This document shows, in pieces, positions 26,752-40,100 of a stretch of 64,000 bases of DNA. The stretch is from Octopus vulgaris (lineage: Eukaryota), in contig OX597823.1 of NCBI GenBank assembly GCA_951406725.2, positions 5,394,001-5,458,000 of the forward strand, read 5' to 3'. Under the pieces are notes generated by a model. That model was not told the origin of the DNA, searched no databases, and was given only the letters and a program-made list of their open reading frames with translations. The position numbers and the translations under genes are program-made. The stretch's first letter is position 1. Each line of letters starts with the position of its first letter.

Positions 26752-29700
26752 CATTATTGGTGAATTGAAGAAATGGAGCTGAACGCAGATTGAACAGAAA
26801 TCGTTTTATTTCATTCTACACGTGTTTCGAAAGGCACAAATTACCAAAATCGGCTTTTCGATGCCCCCATTGGCGGCGTTACACTTATCTGGCTTTTAAA
26901 TAGCGTTTATAAATAATACCGGCACCCATAGCCCTTGGTAACAAATTCTGAAATAGCCTTTAAGATATCTACGATTAACCACTGCAAGGGGAATTACTCC
27001 TGTAAGACAAACGGGGCTTGGTTTTTTCACAGCGGGGGGTTTCCTTGACAAGGCAGGCTTAGATGAACACACACACACATAAAACATGATATATATATAT
27101 TTTTTTTCTGCCACCCAACGGTTATCACGGCAGTAGCCACTGACAGCCGAACGATCAAACGCACACAAAAAATGTTTTCTACCCCTACGCCAACACACAC
27201 ATATATAGAACAGTATACACACACACACGTCTCTAAGTAGATTTTTTCTCGCCCCTTATAAAACATCCAATATTCCTTAAATAGTCAGAACTTTATTCTC
27301 GGTCACAAAGAACATCTACGCACCCTCACCCACATGATTGACCGATGCCTGACCCGTTGAATTCTTCAGCCACCGGTTCTCAACATACACTGATAAACAG
27401 TTTCGCCATGGGCTCTTAGGAGCATAGTTCGATTTGTTTTTGCTCCGCCTCTGTTCTGTTTTTGTTTTTCCAACGGATTTCCTATTTTCTTCCTGAAGAG
27501 AAAGACACAATATGGTCCCATTATTCCATCGGATTTTGGTAATTTGTGCCTTTCGAAACACGTGTAGAATGAAATAAAACGATTTCTGTTCAATCTGCGT
27601 TCAGCTCCATTTCTTCAATTCACCAATAATGTTCTAATTTCAATTATCCGCACCAACGCACGGTTGCAACACCATATGGTTGTACCTCCAACCATGCTGT
27701 TTTACTGCTGTGATTTTTGCTACTAAGGTATCGGTTAAACTTTTGATTAATCTACTACAAGATTATTCATCTTTCTATTTCACATAATATATATATATAT
27801 ATATATATATTGATAAAACGGTAAGATAACAAAAGAAAGAAAGAGACCTCAATATTATGTAAATAGAGGAAATTTATCTATACAATATGTTACATTACTC
27901 GGTAGTCAAGATAAAACTCTGAGTTTCAGATGCCGAAGTGGAAATCCACAACACCATCTCTTCGGTTATCTGGCTATTTGAAAACGTTATGAAAAAATAC
28001 CGTTAAAAATGAAGGGAAATTACTCTGTTATAACTCTGCTTTGCCTGCGTACTTATACATCGCTCGCATTTTTCGTCATAAAAATTATATAAAAATACAT
28101 AAAAATATATAAAAATATATAAAAATATATAAAATCTTCTTGGGACATAACACAGAAAGCATGTTCTATCCGTTTTCTTTAGGGGACCAAAAACGTAACA
28201 GAAATTTAGTCACATGTGGGCATGATCCGAAAAGCTCTGTCCTTGTATTTAGACATGTGGTAGGGTCTAAGCTGCTTTTCCAGATAAGCCATCTCTCCAT
28301 GTCGCATAAACCGCACCTTCCGCTGCCGTTAGTATAGGGCTTACATCTGGCCAAAATCTTCCATTGTATGTTATAATCGACACCTTTATCTCTTAAAGAC
28401 CAAATATGATTGGATAATTGTGTCGCTTTTCTTTTGTTCCAGTGCCTAAAGCTCAAAGTGTGGTTATTGAACCTGGCCTTGAAATTACCCTCTGTCAGGC
28501 CCACGTATTTCTTCGTCGAAACGGTGTCTTTAGTGGTTATAGAGTTTACGGTAGCTTCATATATGATGGTCTTGGACATGCAAGCTCCATTTAGCGGGCA
28601 CAATTCTTTATTCCTGCATGAACAGCTGTTTTCTTCTTGTGTTTTTTGTATGTTATGATTGATTATGTTTTTAAAATTGGTAGTTGAACTAAAACTAATT
28701 TTTAAATTGTGTCTATTGAAGAGTTTCCTATAAGCATGGTTAACTGGAAAATGTCTATCTATCAGTGCTAGGAAATATTTACCTATATTGAAGGCCACCT
28801 CGGGTGAGTAAGGGGGCGTAAACCAGATGACCTTCCTATTTCTATTATTCCTTTTCCTTATTGTTGGGCTGGTGATAGGTGTATATTTTATTTTTTTGCT
28901 AAAACCACTATCTTTTAAAGCTTTATTATAAACTGGGGCAACGCTATTGAAGATGTCCTCATTAGATGAGAGGCTAGAAATCCTCTTACTAATATTTTTA
29001 ACTAAATTTTTGAATACTATAGGGGGATGGCATGAACCTACATTAATATAACTTAGTCTATCATTGGGCTTCCTATAAGGCTTATAAATATTATTATTAA
29101 GATCTAAGGAAACGTCTAAGAAATTGACAACCGTCAGGTTAGTGTCTATAGTTATACTAAGTCCGAAGTGTTTCATTAACTGGATAATATCCTTCCTAAA
29201 ACGATCTTGTGCTGGTCCATTTGTATTAGCTGTTAAGGCGAGGGCATCATCTTTGTAGATGGCAAAATGTACGTTAGGGAATGTCTTACTGAAGGTATCT
29301 AGGAGAAAGAGTCCAATTAGATCACAGATGCCTGCCCCATCATATGAACCCATGCTCACATCGAAAGCGCCCTCCGTGTCGGTGTTTTTTACCCACTTTG
29401 CATTCTCACTGAAAAGTAATGTCTTTCTAGCATGGAAGATTATATCCTTATCATTGGTACTAATTTCTATGAAATCACTAGCGAAGATTAGGGCTTTATC
29501 TAGCAGTTCTTTAGAGATAGAGGCATAAAAATCAACAATATCGAATTGTGTAAACCTCGCTTTTTTCTTATTCTTAATAGCTTTAAACCAGTCTACGACT
29601 TCTATACTATTGGACCATTGCACTAGCCTAGTATCGGTCTTAATTTTCGTATTTATTTTATCTAAAATTTCTTTGCTAATAATCCCTAGTTCTGACTTGG

Positions 29701-31113
29701 CTGGGTTGATAAGCCTACATTTTGGATTGGAAAGGAAGTTTTCTTTGTGGTCTTTAATAGTAATAAAGGCCTCTTTTTGGGGGAGGGTTTCTATTTTTTT
29801 ATCTAATTTAAGTTTAGCGGCGATGACGCTAGCTTCTTTATTAATAGACACTAACCTGACGGTTGTCAATTTCTTAGACATTTCCTTAGATCTTAATAAT
29901 AATATTTATAAGCCTTATAGGAAGCCCAATGATAGACTAAGTTATATTAATGTAGGTTCATGCCATCCCCCTATAGTATTCAAAAATTTAGTTAAAAATA
30001 TTAGTAAGAGGATTTCTAGCCTCTCATCTAATGAGGACATCTTCAATAGCGTTGCCCCAGTTTATAATAAAGCTTTAAAAGATAGTGGTTTTAGCGAAAA
30101 AATAAAATATACACCTATCACCAGCCCAACAATAAGGAAAAGGAATAATAGAAATAGGAAGGTCATCTGGTTTACGCCCCCTTACTCACCCGAGGTGGCC
30201 TTCAATATAGGTAAATATTTCCTAGCACTGATAGATAGACATTTTCCAGTTAACCATGCTTATAGGAAACTCTTCAATAGACACAATTTAAAAATTAGTT
30301 TTAGTTCAACTACCAATTTTAAAAACATAATCAATCATAACATACAAAAAACACAAGAAGAAAACAGCTGTTCATGCAGGAATAAAGAATTGTGCCCGCT
30401 AAATGGAGCTTGCATGTCCAAGACCATCATATATGAAGCTACCGTAAACTCTATAACCACTAAAGACACCGTTTCGACGAAGAAATACGTGGGCCTGACA
30501 GAGGGTAATTTCAAGGCCAGGTTCAATAACCACACTTTGAGCTTTAGGCACTGGAACAAAAGAAAAGCGACACAATTATCCAATCATATTTGGTCTTTAA
30601 GAGATAAAGGTGTCGATTATAACATACAATGGAAGATTTTGGCCAGATGTAAGCCCTATACTAACGGCAGCGGAAGGTGCGGTTTATGCGACATGGAGAG
30701 ATGGCTTATCTGGAAAAGCAGCTTAGACCCTACCACATGTCTAAATACAAGGACAGAGCTTTTCGGATCATGCCCACATGTGACTAAATTTCTGTTACGT
30801 TTTTGGTCCCCTAAAGAAAACGGATAGAACATGCTTTCTGTGTTATGTCCCAAGAAGATTTTATATATTTTTATATATTTTTATATATTTTTATGTATTT
30901 TTATATAATTTTTATGACGAAAAATGCGAGCGATGTATAAGTACGCAGGCAAAGCAGAGTTATAACAGAGTAATTTCCCTTCATTTTTAACGGTATTTTT
31001 TCATAACGTTTTCAAATAGCCAGATAACCGAAGAGATGGTGTTGTGGATTTCCACTTCGGCATCTGAAACTCAGAGTTTTATCTTGACTACCGAGTAATG
31101 TAACATATTGTAT

Positions 31114-31152
<39 letters not shown>

Positions 31153-34100
31153 CTGAAATGTACAGTATTATATATCCAGCATGATTGATCTTACCAATCA
31201 GTTTTGTGCAAGGAATACAATAGAGTGTTAGGTAACAATCTGATTATATAACCTTATGCTAATCAGAGTTAGTTGCTATGGAAAGGAATATATATATGTT
31301 CCCAGAGAGAACTGTGTTTTGTGTTCTTGAGCAAGACACTTTATTTCATGTTGCTCCAGTTTGCTCAACTGTAGAAATGAGTTACAACGTCACTGATGCC
31401 AAGCTGTATCGGCCTTTGCCTTTCCCTTATGTTGGTGGTGAGGAGAGGGGAGGCCAGTATGCATGGGCAACTGCTGGTCTTCCATAAACAACCTTGCCTG
31501 GACTTGTACCTAGGAGGGGAACTTTCTAGGTGCAATTCTATGTGTGGGGCGAATTCTTCCCCTGTCAGCATGTGTGTATACTTTCTATGCTTCTCCTACA
31601 GCATTAAGAGTATTTCAACTCTTATTTCTAGCAATATAAGTGCTCCAGCACCCTTACTCACACTTACTTAATGGTACCACATTGCCCCTGGCTGTTTATA
31701 TATATATATGAAATGCACACAGATAATGGATTTTTTACACAATTTTTCCAGTTAGCTTACATATGTTTCTGATAGAAATTGGAGAGGTCTAGTTCCCTTA
31801 TGTATTAATCACTTTGTCAATCAATCCAGAGTCAGGTAAATTTGTTAGCCTGGTATATCTTTCTGTACAGAGAGATAAGCATTTCACCTGGATAATTAAT
31901 CCCTTTACATATGTGTGTGTGTGTGTGAAGGCACATGACTCAGTGGTTAGAGTATCGAGCTTAAGATTGTGAGGTTGTGAGTTCAAATCCCAGACCAGGC
32001 TGCATGTTGTGTTCTTGAGCAAGACACTTTATTTCACGTTGCTCCAATTCACTCAGCTGTAGAAATGAGTTGTGATGACACATGTGCCAAGCTGTATCGG
32101 CCTATGCTCTTCCCTTGGATAACACTGGTAGCATGAAGAAGGGAGGCTGGTATGTATGAGTGACTGCTGGTCTTTCATAAACGACCTTGCCTGGACTTGT
32201 GCCTGGGAGGGTAACTTTCTAGGTGCAATCCCATGGTCAGTCATGACTGAAGGGGGTCTCAACATATATATATATTCACACACACACACATTGGCAAAAA
32301 TTCTAAAACTGTTGTAAATTAAATTATAAAACGGTTATGCACCAACCCAATATATGTGCATCCATACATACTTACATATGTACATTCATACATATATCAT
32401 ACATGCATATTTGAAGGTGTATATATAAGGATGAGAAACAGGAAACTTTGACTGGTGACTCATACAAAATCATCTTTGAATATATTTCATTAAACTCTTG
32501 AATACTTATTTTTCTTAATTGGAATTCACACAATTACAAAGCCGTGTTTATCTCTCCCTCTCTGTCTTTTTCCCCCCACCACATATATATATACACACAC
32601 ACTCATACATACATATGTACGTATGTTCATACATACATACATACATACATACATACATTACGCATTATGGTTAGCATTTTCAAATGCTAACAAAGATGTG
32701 ATGATTTTTGTGAAAATAATTGTTTTTATAGTTTTATGTACCTTCTTTTTTTTTTTGCAAAGGCCCATATTTGGAAAAACTGTTCAACCCACACTGACCT
32801 TTGAAACTAATTACTTACCAGAAGTAAAAGAAAAAGAATGTTACTGTTTTCCTGATTTTGTTGCCTGGCTTCCAAGAGTCCTTCAAAAATGTTTTGGTAG
32901 ATTTCTAATTTCTCAGTGCTGTAGTAAAATAAGAGTTGCTACAGATGAATAGATCTTATTATAAGTTTGGATCTTTATCTCTCTGATACTTATTAACCCT
33001 TTTGATACTAACCCACCTCAAACTGTCCCTGATTCTGTGACACAAAGGAATACGCATATGTTGAAATACACTGAATTTGTTTCAATTAACTTTGAAAATA
33101 AAAGAGTTTATTAAAATAACTGTCATTATTAAACTGGTATTTTAATTTAGACCACTTTAAAGCAGGAAGTTTAAATCATAAAACCAGGGCCGGTTGCAGG
33201 TGGGTTGATATCAAAAAGATTAAGACATGAATAGTAATTTTAAATAGTAACTTTGGTTACACAAATAAGAAAAGAGTGAATATACAACCAACGTACCAGT
33301 TTCTGATAGTTGACACAACAGGAAGGTTTGTTTAACAAGCAAATGATAATTTTTAATGACCAAAGATTTACATGTCATTATTAAGGTCAATGTTAATTAG
33401 GTTAAAAAGAATTTAACTTCCAGCTATTGAGCTGAAAAGTTCATGCCTTTGTTCCAGACAGTTAACAGTGTTGAATTTAAATTTGTCAAAAGGTTTGGAT
33501 GATCATAACTGAATATTCATTGTGTGGCCTTCTTTCAGCCAATTCTATTCCCTGACAACTAAGAATGGAATCATTATGAATAAACTTAATTATCTTTATG
33601 GATGAACTTAATCATCATCATAATTAATAAATACAGAAGACATTTGCCCATAGTGTTGCACTGTGGGACTGAACCTGAGAACACATGGCCCTGTTGATGT
33701 TAAATTTACAATTTACTTCTCAATTTCTGCTTACCGGTTCAGTTCCAACTGGAGATTTCCCTGCATACTGTATGCCAAATATTTCAGTCTCTTCCTGTCT
33801 ATTTCTGAAATCAGTAAAATTAAATTTTTAAAAAACCCCAAAAAGCCGGGGTTTTTTCAGTGATTAAATATATATTAAATACTGATTTTAACACAAACAC
33901 GAGGTTATACATTTTGAAGGAGGATACAGAAAAAACAGACAAATTGAACCTTAGTATTTAAATGATGCTAATTTTATTAATCTCCCAAAAGGATGAAAGA
34001 TAAAAAAGTTGATCTGAGGAGAATTCAGATTCAGAATGTAAAGAATGTAACTAAATACTGCAAATTCTGTTGCTCTACTTATGTTTTGGTGAAGTTGATC

Positions 34101-37100
34101 ATGCTGACCTTGACCTCTGCTACAAAACTGAAGTAATGCAGAGAATGAATGAATCTTAGATATCAACACGTATGAGGAGTGTTGTGGTTTGCTTGAAGCA
34201 TTGTGATACAAAAGTAAATTTACAAAAAAGAAGGAAAGCTTCTAACAACATGGAAAGGAAAGTTGAGTAATCTTTATACAGTTCAGGCACAAAAACCAAT
34301 TATTAGAAGTATACAGTTTAGAAATGTGAGTTTATGTACACGGTGGTAGCAAAAAGTTCCTGGACTAGTTATGTCTAATAAAAAACAACTTATTTACTTA
34401 AGTATTAACATCATCTCCTTCAAAATAGTCACCTTGTATGGCAATATACTGGTCCCAGGATTCCTGTGGCTTTTGGAATCCAGCCTAGAAGTCGTTTTCC
34501 ATAAGTGAGTCGAGGACCTTCTGTGATTCACTCTTGATCTCAGCAACAGTGTTAAAACAGCAACCTTTGAACTGCATTTTCATATTGGGTAAGAGATGAA
34601 AGTTTACAGGTGCAAATAGGGCAGGTATGGAATATCTGGCGAATAGGACAGGTGTGGAAGTGATACCATGTTGTTTTTGGTGAGAAACTCACAAGAGAAG
34701 AGAGCTCAGTGACAAGGTCCATTGTTACCATGAAGAATCCAATTCTTCACGCTCCACAGATTCGGTCGCTTTCACCAAATGTTTTACCTCAGACACTTCA
34801 AAACGTTGCAGTAGAACTCTTGATTGATGATCTGGCTCTGGGGGATGAATTCTCAATGCATGATACCGTGGATGTCAAAAGAAATGATGAGCATGCTCTT
34901 GATTGAGCTGCAGCTCTGTTATGCCTTCTTTGGTCGTGGAGATGGAGGGCTCTTTCATTGTGATGATTGCTGCTTTGTCTGAGAGTCATACTCGTAGACC
35001 CAACTCTCATCACCAGAGATGATCCTCGGCATTAAAGATGGGTCATCAGGGGCATGCTGACAAGCTTCAACACTGTGTTCATTCTGCTCAGTGGTCTGCA
35101 GGCGAGGGACAAACTTGGCAGAGACACACCACATGTTCAATTCAGATGTTAGGATTGCCTGCACAGACACATATGACATACCAACAACATTGGCAATGTC
35201 ATGGATGAATTTTCTTCCCATTTCTGGGGGTAACATTTGTGCCAGGTCTTCCAGATCGCTCACCATCTTCCAGGAATGTTTTTCTGCTTTTGAAGTACCT
35301 GTGTCACTTGAAACATTGCATACGACCCACTGCCTAGTCACTGTAAGCTTACTGTAGTGTAATCAATGTCTCTGTAGCAGACTTCCCCAGTTTAACGTAA
35401 AATTTCTGGTTGGCTCTTTGTTCCAATTTCCTATCCATGACAAAATCACAGAATACAGCATACACATAATCACAAAAATACAAATTTCACAACTTGCAAA
35501 GTAAACACAGCAATGTTACATGACATACTTCCTCATGAAGGTCACTGCTAGCTCTCACTGTGCACACAACTGTGTGCTGTCATCTATTGGCATGCTACAG
35601 AACTAGTCCAGGAACTTTTTGATACCACTTTACTTTCGTAGATCCTGTCAAGATGATTGCTGAATGACAAACCACACTTTGTTCAGGGAGTGTGATAGCA
35701 GCAGTTCCCCCAGTGGCTATAGGGGTTATAGGGGGAATGATGGTGAATAGTTAGCTGCAAACTGGCAGCAATGGTAGTGAAGGTGACTGTCAACATTTGT
35801 ATTAGTAGCTGTGGTGGTACTATGCTGTGATAGTAGTCTCTTTTTTCTTACTAGACATGTTGTATATTTTATACAAACACATGAATGAACAAACACACAA
35901 ACACACATACACATATCCATCCATTCATCGATCGATCGATCCATCCATCCATCAGTCCATCAATCATTCAATCAATCAATCATCATTTAACATTCATTTT
36001 CCATGCTGGCATGGGTTGGACAGCTTGACAGGAACTGGCAAGGCCGAGGGCTGAACCAGGTTTCATAGTCGGTTTTAGCATGGCTTCTACAGCTGGATGT
36101 TCTTCCTAATGCAAACCATTTTACAGAGTGCACTGGGTGATTTTTATATGGCACCTGCACCAACACCATATATATAAAAGCACACATACTCTCTCTCACA
36201 CCTACACACACAGGCATAGGTGTAAGTGTGTGGTTAAGAAGTTTGCTTTCCAGTCACATCGTTTCAGGTTCAGCCCCATTGCATCTTAGGTATCTGCTCT
36301 GAGCCAACCAAAGCTTTATAAATGAATTTGGTAGATGAAAACTAAACGACGCTTGTTGTACATATTGTATGTGTGAGTGTGTGTATGTCTGTGTCTCCTT
36401 GTCTTGATATTGTGTGCTGTGAATATGTGTCACAGTAATACAAGCAGCATCACTCGTTTCCTATATTCTGCGAAGAACATGTTTGGTCACATGGAAATAT
36501 TGATGGTAATCTCTCATAGTCTGAAACAGATGGTTCTGCAATATCTTGCTGACCAACCTGGACAAGGGATTTGTGTATAGTGATCAAATGTTTGTGCTGC
36601 ACCTTAACTCATTTCCTTCATCAAATCTATGCTGCTTGAACAGGTGCACAGTGTGCTACATGTCAGGTGTCAAAGTGATTGCAGAGCAATGTGAGGTGAA
36701 GTCTTTTGCTCAAGATCACAATGCACCACCTGGTCCAGGAATTGAAACCATGTTCTCACAACACCCTCACCACAAGGCTGTTCACCCTTACTGCGGAAAT
36801 ATTATCTTACTTGGTAACAGGCAAAGAAGAATATCCAGCCATAAAAATTCTGTCTTGTTAAACTTTATCTGAACCATGCAAACCTGGAGAAATGGACATT
36901 AAAGATGCCAAATCTACTCACAAGGTTATGATCATCCGAGAACTTTAGTAGGAAACATTTGCTCAAGATTAACTAAACCAACATAATTAACTGTTTTATA
37001 GTCTGTTTTATGGTTTTTCTATTTAAATTTGTTTTTCATTTCATTTCAATATTCTATGCTGGGAAATAACAATGAAACATCAAACCAAATCAAAATGCTT

Positions 37101-40100
37101 CTTCAAAAATCAGTGAAAGAAAGATAAATAAGATTTTGTATTAAACAACATTCAAGAAAATAATTTTTTTAAAACAAAGTCAAAGAAAAATATTTAAAAA
37201 ACTGGAGATGTTATGCATAATAACTAAAAACAATAAGAGAAAGGCTTGTATTTATCTTCAATGGAATTTGTCCACAGAAACTCGTGTAAATAGCTTTTGA
37301 ACAGCTGGACAGAAAGATATAGTTGCCTCAATCATATATATATGTATGAGTGCATGTATGTGTGTGTGTTAGTATGGAAATGTGGATGTTAAAACAATAA
37401 TAATGATATTGGTTTATATGTACACACGACAGGCCTCTGGACAGCTCCTGTTTTCCAAAGTAGAAGACTATGGTACCGCACAATGAAATAGAACTTGGAA
37501 TCACAGGGTATGAAGCAAATTCCTAAACTTCCCACCCATACTTGGCATGAATTGGATAGTTTGATAGGATCCGATGGGTTCAATATCTATATCATACTCC
37601 AGTATCTGCTTTGGCATAGTTTCTATAGATGGATGTCCTTCATAATGCCAACCACTTCACAACATATACTGCATGCTTTTCTTTTTCCGTGTGACACCAA
37701 CACTAATGAGGCTGTCATGCAACTTACAAGACCAGCTTTTGCAAAACTAGGATCCCTTTTGACTGAGTGGTGTTACAGTAGAGAGGGAGGCAGCTTTATA
37801 CTATAGAATGAAGAGTAAAAATGAGAGAGAAGAGGCCAGAACAGAACAGATTTCTTGTTATAGAGAAGCTACACAATTACTCACATTATGGAAGAGAGGA
37901 TGGAAGTGGCTGAGGTGGAACAAGAAAGAAATAAAAATAAGGCTGATGAAGTATCAAGGTGGACCCTCAAAATATTAGGTGAGTGGAAGAGCTTATAGAA
38001 AAACAGTCAACATACCACTGTTTAGTGACGTTTTCTGTGGGAAGCGCATGAGCAGGTGACATGCCTGGTAAAAATATATAAGCAGGTAAAGATTTCAACT
38101 GATTGGTAAACTTTGGTTTGCAATACAAATATAAAAAATTGCATATAATACAACAAAAAGAATATAAAGAATTCATTATATCATTGCTTAGATTATCACT
38201 GTGATCACCGTGACTGACCAGGCTATCAGACGTTGCTACACATCGCTGGTCACAATGCGCTTTGCATTGTTTTAGCCTTTAAGTGACGCCACCCCACTGG
38301 CTAAGCGAGCAGGCCAACAGAAGAAAGAGTGAGAGAAAGTTGTGGCGAAAGTGTACAGCAGGGATCGCCCCCACCCTCCCCTGTTGGAGCTTTAGGTGTT
38401 TTCGCTCAATAAACACTCACAATGCCCAGTCTGGGAATCGAAACTGCAATCCTACAAAATATGAAGAATGTACAGAAAGTAATGCAAAATTATGTATTGC
38501 TTTTTTATTAACTGTCATAGGTAGTTCAAACTACACATGTTGGTAGAGTAACACTTCCTCTATAAAGCTCTTCTTCCTGTTCTTCATTGCAAGCAAATAA
38601 TGGCATCCAAACAGAAAAAAATATGCCATCATTGAGTTGTTGATGAAGAGGTGCAAGCTTTCCAACACACAGAAGGCTACGGATTGTTTATGAAAAGTGA
38701 CACCTTTTACAAAAGCAACGTTTTCAGATCTGCTACCACTGACACAAATCATCAATGAGTGAATGAATTGATTTGTGCAGATTGATTGTTTTGCTATCTG
38801 TCAGCTTGCTGCACAACTGGACTTAGTCAAAATGCATTACAGAAAATAGTGGAGGACTTCGGGTATTGGAAAGTGTGTGCTAAGTGAGTACCTCAGCTGT
38901 TGGCACCTGATTTCAAGGAGAGAAAGGTGGAAGTAGCTCTGATCTGCTGGAAGCATTTTAAGCCAATGAGGACATGTTTTTTTCTAACATAGTGACAGAA
39001 GATGAAAAGTATCTTTATGATCCAGAAATAAAGACTCAGACCATGGAATGGTATCACACTTCTTCTCCAAGATCTAAGAGCCAGCAATCTACATATGGTG
39101 ATTGTTTTTCAGAATGACAAGGGAGTCGTTGTCTTTGATTTTCTGGAATACGGCTGTATATGTGAACAGTGATCAGTACATTTAGACATTTAACAGTTTA
39201 GGGAAGCCATTAAACTAGTCATGTTCACTATGACAATACACAGCCACACACATTTCTGATAACAAATCATCCAATCAGTAAATTGGGCTGGTCAGTGGTC
39301 TCCTATTTACCATACATCCTGAATCTGATTCGCCCTGACTTCTACTTGTTTAGTCCAATGAAAGGCAGTTTTGGGGGACAATGATTTGATGACATAGATG
39401 AGGTGAAAGTGTACACTTCTGAATTTTTTCAAAAAGGATTTGAGTGTTGGAGTCTATGAGAGTGCAAACACCTCATCTGTGATGAAATCAAATAGTATCA
39501 TTGTTTAGATGAAAATTTATTCTACCACTATGTGCAGTTTGAACAATCTATGTCAATTAATGAATCAAGTTATGCCTACTTTTGTATTACTTTCAGTACA
39601 ATCATTATATTAAACAAACTCTTCAATCCATCTAAGGCTGCATCTATTCCTGACTCAGATTATTTAATTTTAAAGTGTTCATATTTAAATCAAGAACCAT
39701 ATTCTCTACATTCTATGAAAGTACCTTTTATTGAGTTATGTTCCAAACAACTCTAACAACTTATTTTATTAAACAGTTTTTTTCAATAGTAATTTAAAGA
39801 TTTTGGCAATGTATTTTGTTATTATGATAATGAAATTTTTTTTACATGTTACATGAAGTCTGGTTGGAATGTTTCTTACCTTTTTTCCAAAAGCCCCATT
39901 TATCTGAAGATGCCGTAGGTAAGAAGGGAAGAATTTGTTTTTTGGCAGTTTGTGCCACTGAAAACAGATAATGGTATTTTAACCATTATATAAACAAATA
40001 TAGAGAGACTATCATAGATATGCAAATACATTCATACATAACAGAATGAAATTCATAACTAATATTGGTTATTCTGCAAAATGCTTCAGGTTACTTTACT

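Larger units (their letters stand above)
27811..31118 (-). mobile_element. Young 5'-truncated Penelope-like retroelement (Naiad-type RT + C-terminal GIY-YIG) with a 1275-bp head-to-head inverted duplication
   Basis: RT motifs [31 protein letters not shown]; endonuclease CSC..CP..GAC..IIYEA..YVGLT..FKARF..H..CGLC..E..LN.R.E..CPH. Arms 27875-29149 and 29844-31118; flanked by (TA)n. Confidence 0.92.

Noticed and set aside
29610-30827. 405-aa plus-strand ORF as an independent gene
   Set aside because: Its first ~78 codons are the antisense of the RT and it starts at TTG; it is a by-product of the fold-back.
28166-31000. Selenocysteine-encoding Naiad (in-frame UGA plus SECIS), as reported for some Naiad elements
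   Set aside because: All conserved Cys positions in the part present are ordinary Cys codons, the stop is TAG, and ATGACG at about 30914 lacks a convincing SECIS stem. The missing N-terminus cannot be judged.
27875-31118. Long-read fold-back assembly artefact
   Set aside because: The arms differ at two sites, end at different points, have distinct flanks, and the host exons continue in order on both sides. Not fully excluded without reads.
31798-31880. Possible extra exon of the LRR gene (also 37240-37305)
   Set aside because: Acceptor-like sites, but no phase-compatible stop-free path to a donor; the flanking exons already join in frame.
31927-32000. tRNA genes
   Set aside because: A/B boxes are SINE heads followed by SINE body; no complete cloverleaf.
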